Positions 52,306 to 64,000 of a stretch of 64,000 nt of DNA are shown here, piece after piece. The notes under the pieces are model-generated. The model was not told where the DNA came from. It saw nothing but the letters and a program-made list of their open reading frames with translations, and did not search any database. The position numbers and the translations under genes were made by a program. The first letter of the stretch is position 1, and every line of letters begins with the position of its first letter. This DNA is from Mobula hypostoma (taxonomy: Eukaryota), in assembly GCF_963921235.1 (NCBI RefSeq), contig NC_086108.1:85004001-85068000 (forward strand), in the 5' to 3' direction.

Positions 52306-53537
52306 TTAAAATCTATTATTTATTCCAAGAATCAAAATAGAATCAAAGCTCATAGCCATATAAATGGGCTATGATCAACCCTTGCATGTACCTTAACAAA
52401 TCCAATAAAATCTGGCCACATGAGAATAAAACCTCCTTACAAATTAAAATTAGTACTCTGGAGATTTTGAGCAAGTTCTATTGTTTAAGCAAAATAATGG
52501 TAATAAACAGATTACAAAATGAAACATCAAATAAAGTAAATAATACAACAGAGGAAGGATTGCCAGGCTGACAAAGAATGTTTTGCTCAAGGAATTCATG
52601 TGAATTATTAATCTTTGCTTTCACTCATGGAATCAGATATTACAAGTGCTCTATGATCTCGTGGTTCACAGTCCAAAATCATAAGTTTATTGAAACAGAT
52701 TAATGTTTCATATAGGTGAATGATTATTTCTTAAACTGTGTCTCCCATGGGAAGTCTGGCTGAAAACTCAGCAACTTAACCATTACAGTGCCTTTCCCAA
52801 ATGCCATTGCAAATGGACAAGATGGTAACAATAAGGCGAACAGATCATAAGAAACAGGAGCAGAAGCCCATCAAGTCTTCTTTGCCATTCCATCATGCAA
52901 TTTATTATTCCCCTCTACCCCATTCTCCTGCCTGTAAATAAGAACGAAGCACAAGAATCTATAAACATTATGCAAAAAAAAAAGATTACCATCATTAATT
53001 TGACTTAAAGGATATGAAGTGTTGGTGATTCTGGATGTCCTCTACAAAGCAAGCATAATTAAGAACCAAGTACTTCGGGTTGCTGGATCTTCAGGAGGAC
53101 AGAAACGAGTAGTAATATGGATTAGACACTATTAAAACAATAGAAAGTACTTGTGCTGAACCAAAGGAAGAGTAAGGCATGGACTAAAGACAGAAAATGC
53201 TGGCCAGGCAACAAATGAAGAAAGTTAAGGAGATCAGAATCAGATTTATCACTTACATACATGACATGAAATTTGTTGCTGTGTGGTTGCAATACAGTGT
53301 AGAGACATAAAATTACTATAAAGTACAAAAATAGTGAAAAATCAGATCAGTGATCTTTCATCAGAACAGAAAATAATGAGATCTCTACAGATCTAATTTT
53401 GGTGAAAGTGGTGGATCAAAAGCAGTAACCATTACCATCAACAACATTAACTTGGATAAAGGCAATCCATTTTGGATACAAGACAGATAAATCCAATATT
53501 TTCTTCATAATGAAAGAACATTATAAGCCCTGGTATG

Positions 53538-53822
53538 AGCAACACACGCAAAACACTGGAGGAACTCAGCAGGTCAGACATCATCTGAGGAAAGGAATAA
53601 ACAGTCAATGATTCGGGCCGAGATCCTTCATTAGGACTGGAAAGGAAGGGGGAAAGAAGCCAGAATAAGGTGGTGCAGGGAGGGGAAGAAGTACAAGCTA
53701 GGTGGTGATAGGTGAAGCCAAGTGGGTGAGGGAGGGGGGAATGAAGTGAGAAGTTGGGAGGTGATAGCTGAAAAGGGCAAAAGGGTGGAGAAGAAGGAAT
53801 CTGATAGGTGAGAATGGACCTT
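53538..53822 (-). mobile_element. Penelope-like 3' fragment
   Basis: Terminal repeat plus purine-rich tract, as in the other copies. Confidence 0.75.
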
Positions 53823-54211
53823 GCATTCTCTTAATTGTCCCACACACATTCACAGAATGGGCAAAATCAAGTACATTGTCATAACTTTAACTCTTGAGTT
53901 CAGGAGATGGAATTTTATATGACTGTTTAAAATCTCATAGACAGCAGAATAACTATTTCCCCTAGTAGGGAAGCCCAGAACAAGGAAATCCAACATTAAA
54001 ATTATAGCCATGCCATTGAAGGCACAGGAGCATAAGAAATTTTCAAAATACACAGAAACATTTGGAATTCTTTCCTTCGAGGTCTGTGAAAATTTAATCA
54101 AATGGAATATTCACAATCAAGTCTGATTATTTGATACCAGTGATCTTCATTTGTGGAATGAACGTTTTATTCCCAGAAGCAGGAAAACTAGTAAGAATTT
54201 TTCAAAGCCAG

Positions 54212-54794
54212 TGTAACACCCTGGGAAAGGTTTCACTGCTAATGTAATGGAATTTCTGTAGAAGCAGTGTTTGGGTTTTCAGTAGAGATTACAGGGGCTT
54301 TGGAATGTGCACCGTCCAATGAAGGGAGTGTTCCCCCCCCCCCCCGTTGTGTGCCTGAGACCAAGGTGATCTGGGTCTTTTGTTCATCGGAATATGGGGA
54401 GAAACAATGCCAGAAAGGAGAGGTCATAGACACCAGAAAGGAGTGAACTTGGAGTGGAGCCAGCAGTCGATGAAGCCCGGGGAAATCAATGGAGGATCAG
54501 TGGAAGGGAAACCGTGAGCTCCAACTTGTGCACACTAGACTATTTCATTAAAATGGGCCCTTTTCGTTTTGTTTTACTTTACTAACCATTTAGTCAAATT
54601 AAGAATTATAAAGCTAAATTGTTTAATCACATATGGTGTTCTGTCTGTTATTTTGTGGTACTGATTTGTAACAGAGTGACACATCACATAGCATTCACAC
54701 AAAGAGGAGGTTTTGCACCTCAATCTCATACGTTTGGTGGGTTCAGAGATTGTCTTCCCTAGAATTATGCAGTCGACAGAACCCGAGGGTTACA
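54212..54794. mobile_element. Probable solo LTR (Gypsy-like)
   Basis: Ends tgtaacaccctggg / cccgagggttaca; 4-bp flanks ccag / cgag. Confidence 0.7.
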
Positions 54795-56558
54795 CGAGAA
54801 AGAAAGACAGGCAGAAGGAGAGGGAATAAAAACAGAAAATGCTGTTCAAACTGCATCAGAAGAGAGAAAAGGACTGATAACTTTCATTAGAACTCATAAG
54901 GTGCTAGGTCTAGAGTAGGGATTCAATTGGATGGAGAAGTCCAAAATAGAGAAAGGGCCCAATATCTGCAATGAAGACTTTGAGCTAAAGAAGTGATTTA
55001 AAAAAAGGTTCAACATCATATCAGGTTCACAATTTTTTAGGGTTGTTTTGTTGAGGGATAAAGTTGAGGCCACTCTTAAAGGCAGATTCAGATGGGGAGG
55101 GGAGATCAGAAAGGAAGAATGAATCTATTTCTCTTGCTGCACTTTCAGAGGAAACTGAAGAGAAGGGAAGGAAAGATTAAAATGAGAATAAGAGCTAATA
55201 AAATTTGCAATCCTTAAAACCTGAAGGGGGGGGCTATTTTGTTAAAGATTTGTATGCAATAAAGGATGAATTGGAAAATGTAGATCAGGGCAGCTTTGGG
55301 AGAGTCACATGCCACTAGTGGGAAGGGTCAAGTACATGCATTTGCTGCATCACATATTGGACTTCAGTATATATCAACAACAACGACTGAAGAAACACTG
55401 AATATCTTGAAGGAATCCCTAATTGTGGGTGGATCCAAAATGTGAACAAGAAAATGCTTGGAATAAGTAAGAGGAAGATACCAAAAAAGGAAAGACAGAT
55501 GTAAATGCAGGTTTTAGTAATTACCTTGAGCAAATCAGTACAGATAAAAGAATCGAATTAAGGTTAACAAGGGCAATGAACAAAAACAGAATCCCAGGAA
55601 AGAAGAATTCTGTTTAAAGATATACTGATAAGGAAAGTGGTAGTAATGCAAAAGCAAAATATTGCAGATGGAAATCTAAAAACAAAACAGGAAAATATGT
55701 AGGTCAGATAATATTTTTGAAGGGAATATTTCAGAAGGAAGAGAATTACTTTAATTCACTCTCAACAACTAACAATAACAAATTCCTCCAAAGTTATTAA
55801 TTTAAAACTGAAACTGACTGTTTAGAATTAAAAGACAGTGGAGTGCAAATTTCATATGCAAGTTCATTTTCTTGCCTGAAAGCAGAACATCAAATCACTA
55901 AGTTTTATCTTCAAGTATATAACATATCATGGCTACTGGTAGCAGCTGGATGTCAGCATTAATTTTTTGAAAGAGGTCCCACTAAAAATGCATATTTACA
56001 AAATACAATGTGAATAGAGTAAAATTCTCATTATCAACCCTGATTTTCCATTCAAGATCGAGAAATTTAATATCAGTCACAAATTATAATCTGCATCCAA
56101 AACATTGATTCTGCTTTTCTTTCTATAGATGGTTTCTGGTCTATTAGGTGATTACAAAATTTTGTTTTATTTTATACAAATCAGTGTTGCATTCACACGT
56201 TAACTTCAGTTGTCATTCAAGTGGCACTAAATTACTCAACATACAAGCCTGACTGTATTTATTACATGAAACTTAAATAGTAAAAAAAAGTTTGTAGTTA
56301 TAAAATAACCTATATTTATATAGCATCTTCCAAGAAATAACAATGCACTTGCCTTCATTTATACTAAGACTCCTAAATATAAAGGCCAGATGCTCTCACT
56401 GATATCTGGAATTTAGCTGTTTTAGAGCACAAGAAATAGGAGCAGGAGGCGGCAAACACAGCTACCCGCTTCTTCCCCAAAACCCTGCTATGCAATACAC
56501 AATTTGAATGTTCTTGCTACTCAGTAGAAAGATCCAGATTTTGTGAACAGATTATGTA

Positions 56559-57181
56559 GAACATAGAATAGTACAGCACAGTCCAGGCCCTTCAGCCCAC
56601 AATGTTGTGCCGATCCTCAAACCCTGCCTCCCATATAAGCCCCCTTAAATTCCTCCATATACCTGTCTAGTAGTCTCTTAAACTTCACTAGTGTATCTGC
56701 CTCCACCACTGACTCAGGCAGTGCATTCCACACACCAACCACCCTCTGAGTTAAAAAACCTCCCTCTAATATCCCCCTTGAACTTCCCACCCCTTACCTT
56801 AAAGCCATGTCCTCTTGTATTGAGCAGTGGTGCCCTGGGGAAGAGGCGCTGGCTATCCACTCTATCTATTCCTCTTATTATCTTGTACACCTCTATCATG
56901 TCTCCTCTCATCCTCCTTCTCTCCAAAGAGTAAAGCTCTAGCTCCCTTAATCTCTGATCATAATGCATACTTTCTAAACCAGGCAGCATCCTGGTAAATC
57001 TCCCCTGTACCCTTTCCAATGCTTCCACATCCTTCCTATAGTGAGGTGACCAGAACTGGACACAGTACTCTAAGTGTGGCCTAACCAGAGTTTTACAGAG
57101 CTCTATCATTACATCACGACTCTTAAACTCTATCCCTCGACTTATGAAAGCTAACACCCCATAAGCTTTCTTAACTACCCT
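56559..57181 (-). mobile_element. Young 5'-truncated CR1 LINE
   Basis: ORF 56714-57157 with LVRPHLEYCVQFWSPHYRKD; tail agaacatagaatag. Confidence 0.92.
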
Positions 57182-58344
57182 TAAGCTTACATATTGTCAG
57201 AAACTTCCTTTAACAATTGCTTTAATATTCTATTCCATGTAACAAACAAGCCCGTAGGAGCATATGGCAAAACATGAAAAAGAATTTTCCTATGTTTCTA
57301 TCTTGGATTCTTTAATGCTAATGTAACCAGGTGACTGTTGAATAGTATTTTTTATATTGTTAAAGTACAATTATGTATTCACCATGGTAATGCTAAAATA
57401 GCTGCCTGTACCTTTAAAAGAAAACAGTGACATCAGTATGCATATGTAGGGTAGAAAGAAAAAAAGTTACAATATTCTAGAAAGACAAACATCAAGTACT
57501 GGGAGCTACACACACACAAAATGCTGGAGGAACTCAGCATGCCAGGCAGCATCTAGGGAAAAAGAGTAGTTGAGTGAGTTGCTCTCCCACCACCCACCGC
57601 CCCCCCCCATGAAGTAATTTGACATATTTTACATGTGGATGCTTTAGATTTTCACAAGTAAGGTATCAGCACTGGATAGTGTAGTTGTGCAAGTTCCTTA
57701 CTGGCCTAGTAGGTTAGTCTTTCTGGTGACTTATGTACAAGGCAATATATTGTAGAAGTTTATGTAAAGATTTATTTTTATCTTACTTTATTGTTTCATA
57801 ACTGAACAAAAATGTAACAGATTAATGTGAATGTGTTAATCTCTGTTCATGTAGCTTGAGCGAGGAGAAGTCGTTTCAGGGTCTAGTCTATACGTGTTTG
57901 GAAGTTAAGCAAATGTGTGTCAAAGTCCACTTAGTTAAGATGAGATTTTTTTTTGATGTTGTGTATAAGGTACAAGATTGGTGGGATTCCAATGTTGTTT
58001 GTGTTGCGTTTTTCCACTACTGCAATGGTTTTGTATATTTTTTTGTATTTATTTTCATACTGCATATATAACTAGTTGAGACACAAGTGTGTGGACCAAA
58101 ATTAAGCTGAGATTGTAACAGCCAAAACTGATTTTTTTAAAAATTAATTTTGTTATTTTTATTCTGATACCCTCTTTCTGCATTAAAACATCTAAAAACA
58201 GATAAAGGCATTAAAGACCTGAAAAAAATATTTGTTGCCCTGAGTGTGTTTTGCCAAGCTGCAAAACTAATGAAATGAATGACAATTCATGGTGACTACA
58301 GGGTTGAAACAGCATTTTACAAATATTTGATGTGGCTACCTTGT

Positions 58345-58920
58345 CCTTGTTTGGTGAGACTGCATCTGGAGGTACTGTGTGCAATTCTGGTCTCCCTACT
58401 TGAGGAAGGATATACTGGCTTTGGAGGTTCACCAGTTTGATGGTTTTATGGTCTTGATTCCAGAGGGGTTAGACTATGAGGAGAGGTAGAATTGCTTGGG
58501 ACTATACTTGCTGGAATTTAGAAGAATGAGAGGGTCTTATAGAAACATAGAAAATTATGAAAGGGATAGACAAGATAGAAGCAGCAAAGTTGTTTCCACT
58601 GGTAGGTGAGACTAAAACTAGGAGACATAGCCTCAAGATCCGGGAGAGTAGATTTAGGACGGAGACGAGGTGGAACTACTTTTCCCAGACAGTGGTGAAA
58701 CTATGGAATTCTCTGCCTAATGATGCAGTGGAGGCTACCTCAGTAAATATATTTAAGACAAGGGTGGATAGATTTTTGCACAGTAGGGGAATTAAGGGTT
58801 ATGGGGAAAAGGCAGGTAGGTGGAGATGAGTCCATGGTCAGATCAGCCATGATCTTATTGAATGGCGGAGCAGGCTCGACGGGCCAGATGGCCTACTCCT
58901 GCTCCTATGTTCTTATGTTC
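58345..58920 (+). mobile_element. CR1 LINE 3' fragment
   Basis: MKGIDKIEAAKLFPLVGETKTRRHSLKIR; tail cctactcctgctcctatgttcttatgttc. Confidence 0.88.
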
Positions 58921-59099
58921 AGACCAAGAGATTCCAGCATTGCAAATTGAATACTAGTGATCAGATTATTAGTTACTGACTACTACCACCTACAATAAGG
59001 TACCTATAGAGGCCAGAAGGCTGCATTAAAACGTGGTCAGGATCAAAATCCAGACATAAATCTTTACCAGTGCTCTCAGGGAGGTTTTGAACTAACTTG

Positions 59100-62000
59100 T
59101 TTAGTAGTTCAATATTCCTGGTAACTGAGTTTGAACATGAGATAAAGGAGATAAAAGAAGGGCATTGGTAATGTATTTTGAAGCAACAATGCAGGTGCGA
59201 GATGGGATATTCAAAAATCAGACATTAAACAAAGAACAATAAAAGTACAGTCATACTGCTAGGATATGCATACTATATAGAACTCCAAACTGCCCAAAGG
59301 TTGCAGTAAAGCAAATGTGTAGGCAAATTGCTGGCAACCACAAAACACTCAAGGAGTTACAGCAGACATCAATTACATTACTATCAATTTGGGATACAGA
59401 TTGTCTGAAAACTAGAGGCATGGAGCTTCTGAATGGCATTCAGAAAATTATTTGAGCCAAAATGGCACAACCCTTGCAGGCAGAGATGCAATTCCAGATG
59501 TTAGAAAATAAAGGAAAACGGAGAGAATTTTTGTCATGAAGGTAATACACAAAGATTTAGCATAGTTGTGGAAAAGGACGAAGATGGATTAGGAGTAAAA
59601 ATTATAAACTGGAAGCCAACTTTAATCCAATGACAAGTGATTTGTTTTTTTAAAAAAAATGAAATAGAAACGATTACTGTAAGATGTATCATTTTCAGAG
59701 CAATGGGGAGTAAGCAGAGAGATTTTAGATGCTCAGGCCTAAAGGACAAGATTACCAAATCTATTGTCCTTTGGATGAAAAGGTACAAAGGAGATGATAC
59801 AAGGCAAAAATGAGAGGCATATATTAGACACTAGGTACTTAATTACATTAGAAGGAAGAGAAGAGAAAGAAATTCAAAGCTTTTTATAGATATTTAACAG
59901 CAAGAAGATAATCACAGAAAGATGAGAGATAATAACCTGTCCATGGATGCAGAAGATTTGCATTAGGTTTTTAATGAATAACCACAGGAGGAGAACCATG
60001 TCAATATTGTGATTAAGCAGTGAGAATGGGAAATATTGGGTGAAATAATCATGGTAAAAGTAGTATTAGATTCAGAGTCACGAATCTCTTTGAAGGAAGA
60101 GGAAACTGTGGTAGTCTGATCAGCAATTTTTTTAATCCTCCCTGGTTATATCAGTGGTGTTAGTGGACTGGGGTATTACTACTGTTATAATATTGTTCAA
60201 AGAGGGATAATGCAAGTAATAATAGGCCAGTTATTAATTAATAGTTAATAATAGATAACAGGCTGAACCAAAAGTGATGTGGCCAAATCAAAGGGGGTGA
60301 CAAAAAAAACATACAGGAAGGACATTGAAAATCTGATCAAATGGTGCCATAACAACAACCTCTCACTTAGTGTCAGCAAAACCAAAGAGCTGATTATTAA
60401 CTGCAGGGGGAAGAAATGAACCAGTCCTCATCAGAGGGTCAGGTGGAAAGTGACTATCTTTAAATTCCTTGGCAATATCCTATCACAGAATCTGTCCTGG
60501 GACCAGCACGCAAGTGCCATTACAAAGAAGGCAAGGCAGTGGCTCTACTTTCTCAGAGGTTTGAGCAGATTCAGAATGTCATCCAAAACTTTGACAAACT
60601 GCAATAGATGCAGTCTAGAGTATCCTAGTCTAGAATGAGAATGCCAGTGCACAAGAATGGAAAAGCCTACAAAAAGTGATGCATAGAGCCCCGTCTCCAT
60701 CATCGAGCATATCTACAAGGGGAGCTGCCACAAGAAAACAGTATCAAGAACACCCACCATCCAGGCCATGTCCTCTTAGGAGCTGCGGGAGCCTGATGTC
60801 CCACACCACAAGGTTCAGGGACAATTATTAGCCTACAACCATCAGGTTCCTGAACCAGCGTGGATAACTTCACTCATGTCAACACTGAACTAATTATAGC
60901 ACATATGGACTCACTTTCAAGGACTCTTCAACTCATGTTCTCAGTATTATTTATTTACTTATTTATTGTTAGCTCTTTTCTTGTATTTGCAGTTTATCTT
61001 CTTTTGCACATTGGTTGTTTGTCAGTCTGTGTGTGGTTTTTCATTGATTCTATCGTATTTCTCCATTCTCCTGTGAATGTCCAAAGAAAAACAAATTGCA
61101 AGGCAGTATATGGTGACGTATACATACTTTGATAATAAGTTTGCTTTAAATTTGAGTTAGTTTAATGTTAGTGACAGCAAATTGATGGAATGAATTCTGA
61201 GGGTCAAACTTTGATTTTGAAAGACACAGATCAATCAAGAACAGATATTAAGAGCAGGTTGTGTCCAACTAACTTGATATTTTTGAGGAGGCAATCAAAG
61301 AGGGTCAATCAGATCAAGTACGTGGAGTTTAATTGTATTATCAACTGATAAAAAGTTGGAACACAATTCTAGGATTTTTCAAAGTTGTGGCCTAGCTTTT
61401 GAACAAAGACCTACACGGCTGGTTGTTCAGAATAGTAAAAGCACATGGAATCCAAGGCAGAGCAGCAAATTGAAGCCAAAGTTGCTCAGTGTTAGGAAGC
61501 AAAGACTAACAGTAAAGGCATGACTTTGTGACTGAATGCTATTGCTAGAAAGATCTTACAGGGGTCAGTCATTGGTACCTTGCTATTTGAAGTATATATT
61601 AATGATAGTCTTAAATGTGGGATACATAATAAGTCATTTACAACAGATACTAAATTGGTCATATGAGACTTTGGAGGATTATTAGACCAGTTAATTGGGC
61701 AAAATTGGGATAGTGGAGGTATAATTTGTCCATCTGTGCTGATCACCCCATCCTTGACTAAGCTGTTCTACCGTGAACACGATCTGTTATGAATCAACGT
61801 GATGCTTTCAGATCAGGTCATGCATTGCACATACCTCCACCGCACTGCCCAGGCATGTTTCTGGGGTACAGCGGCTAGCGACCCTTGTGCCTGTTCTATG
61901 TACTTGACATATGATTTTTTTTGTGTTCTATCGCTGAGCAGCAGTGAACCATCTGATTGGCCTATCAGAGTTCTCTCTGGGAACTAGTTGACTTGATCAG

Positions 62001-62660
62001 CATTTCTGATCTGGCTATTGTTCACGATTGCACTTAATAAAAAAAAAGTAGTGAACAGAATTGGACTGAGTGAAACAGAAAGTATAACCTTGAGATACTA
62101 AAAAGCTAGAACACACACACACACACAGAACAGAGGTATGACGGAACAGGGGAACCTTGGAACGTTTGTCAACAAAAAGTCAGAAGTATAGGTACAAAAA
62201 TGCTTTTAAGTATAAAGAGGTTTTTAAAAAAATGCTTTCTTAGTTAAGGCACAAAAGTAAAAGTCTCGAGGGTTTGCTAAAACTATACATGACTCCAACT
62301 GAGTTCTATGTATAGTTCAGGCAGCCAAATCACAGGAAAGATGTGAATATACTGATGCTGTCAGGACTAGAAAATTTTGGCTGTAAGGGAAGATTGGATA
62401 AACTGGGATTGTTTACTTTGGAAAGGAGGTAGCAGAGGGGAGCTTTAATTTAGATGCATAAAATTACAAGCAGTCCAGATAATAAAGATTTCCTTTCATA
62501 GAATGATGAAACCCAGAGAGTGCATGTACACAGTTATTGGAAGAAAAACTGCAAGGGAGCTGAGGAATACAGTTTTGACCTTCATGGCAGCAAGGGCCAG
62601 GCACTCACTGAATGCTAGCCAAAAACCCTGATCAAATCTCAACGGCACTTAGATGTCTCA
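59100..62660 (+). mobile_element. Highly decayed CR1 with a nested Rex-type fragment (~60310-61150)
   Basis: Scattered CR1-like remnants (caactaacttgat, caggggtcagtcattggtacc); Rex remnant FKFLG..LSQNLSWDQH..KKARQWLYFLR. Confidence 0.6.
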
Positions 62661-63320
62661 GCGTGTTGTGAGCTCCTGTAAGGTGGAACTACCTGAATAG
62701 CTCTTTCTTTCAAACTAGCTTGAACGCAACCTAAATAAGGTTGAAAGGAAAATATTGTTCAGCATTTAAGTCAACATTTTGATAACTCCTCCAAAACATG
62801 TTCCAACTTTCATCATTTACAATATTTAAAACAATTTAAGTTAATCCTGATCCATGACCACACCAGATAGGTTCACTATTTTCTCCAAAACCCACTGCTT
62901 CTGCTAACAGAATATAAGTTACTGTGATCCAACTGCTTACAGGCTACATGACATCACGCAGTATTAAATTCCAAGTGACATGGTTAAACTTAACATATAT
63001 GGATATGATTAAATGAAAAGTAACTTTTTTTAACACTGCTGAGCATTTCAAAATGACATTTTATTGCTTTAAAAAACAAACTTTAATTGATTTCTCAAAA
63101 TTCCCAATTCAGACAGAAAAGACATTATGTGCATGTCCACTTACTTAGCCTTTTTCCAACTGTTCATGAACAAAAACAAATCCTTCAAGCAAGTGCAATA
63201 AATAAGCAAATGAGGGCATATATAACAAGAACTAGACAATGGGGTGACCCGTTGGGGCACCCTTTGAGAGAAGGGTAGTGCAGTCTGATGTGACCAGAAT
63301 GAACACTAAATTTTCCTGAA

Positions 63321-63737
63321 TGCTATCGGTATCGCTTTGCTTTGGAAACTGAAGTATAAAACCTCAGTTTATTAAAGAAGAACGACACATAGCAAAGCAA
63401 TATAGCTGCTCCTCATTTAACGAATGACACTTTTGATGGCATCATTTCTGGTTTATCTGCCACCCTTGTGCCTCTCGTTGTCAATCTGGAGACATGCAGC
63501 CCTTTCATCCCCCCGTCTCGTCATCACTTCTGCTGTTTATTGTTTGTCTCTGATCCTGGAGACATGCATACCTCTCCTCCTCTGTCTCACCTTCTCTCAT
63601 CTTTTTTTGTCCTGACTCCTTGATCCTGGAGTTATGCAGCCCTGGCCTCATCCGATTCTTGTTCTCTCCCTCTCCTTGCCGCTTCCCAACAACGTTTGGC
63701 GTTATCTCTTGACCATAATGTCCCCCTTCCCTTTCCA
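63321..63737 (-). mobile_element. Possible PPT plus 3' LTR of an LTR element continuing past the window end
   Basis: Minus: ggaaagggaagggggacat then tatggtc... (TG start imperfect), AATAAA at ~63370, ending atagCA. Confidence 0.45.
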
Positions 63738-64000
63738 CGCGGCATAATTAGGCCGACCATTATTTTTTACCCTAATGCTGGATAGAAGATACGAAGCAGT
63801 AACACCAAAGGATGCTGATTATTCTTGATGATGTGGTTGGTGCTCTTCTAAATGGACGTGATATAGTCACCGCTGTCTTTTGACTGCAGCAAAGGGTTTT
63901 ATGGGTGTCTCGAAGTATGTCATTATAAGATTTAATTATCTTTTATTGATGGGTGGCAGTTAGATCTGTCCCAAGCCTGTACATGCTGATGGTGGTGATG

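Noticed and set aside
1..64000. CRISPR arrays, operons, rRNA or bona fide tRNA genes
   Set aside because: None seen; the sequence is eukaryotic, and tRNA-like stretches (487, ~8260) are SINE heads

Overview
Vertebrate genomic DNA: AT-rich, repeat-dense and almost entirely intronic. The repeat repertoire (CR1 with esterase-type ORF1, Rex1/Babar LINEs, Penelope-like elements, HE1-like SINE, Tigger/mariner/hAT/Harbinger MITEs) suggests a cartilaginous fish, probably a ray (inference). One convincing host exon was found, at 3432-3584 on the minus strand. It carries a short 5'UTR and a signal peptide ending ...CIQAD|S, which best fits the first coding exon of a LAR-family receptor tyrosine phosphatase (PTPRF-like). 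The remaining ~60 kb is probably its large upstream intron. Most notable: (1) a 2.2-kb insert flanked by a 7-bp target-site duplication, with Rex/Babar LINE ends enclosing a decayed retroviral env, polypurine tract and complete LTR, plus a related solo LTR 30 kb away; (2) several minimal hammerhead-ribozyme motifs in Penelope-derived repeats, some sense to the host pre-mRNA; (3) composite and palindromic DNA-transposon derivatives. Nearly all ORFs in the supplied track are transposon fragments or noise. Family names come from recalled motifs, not database searches.
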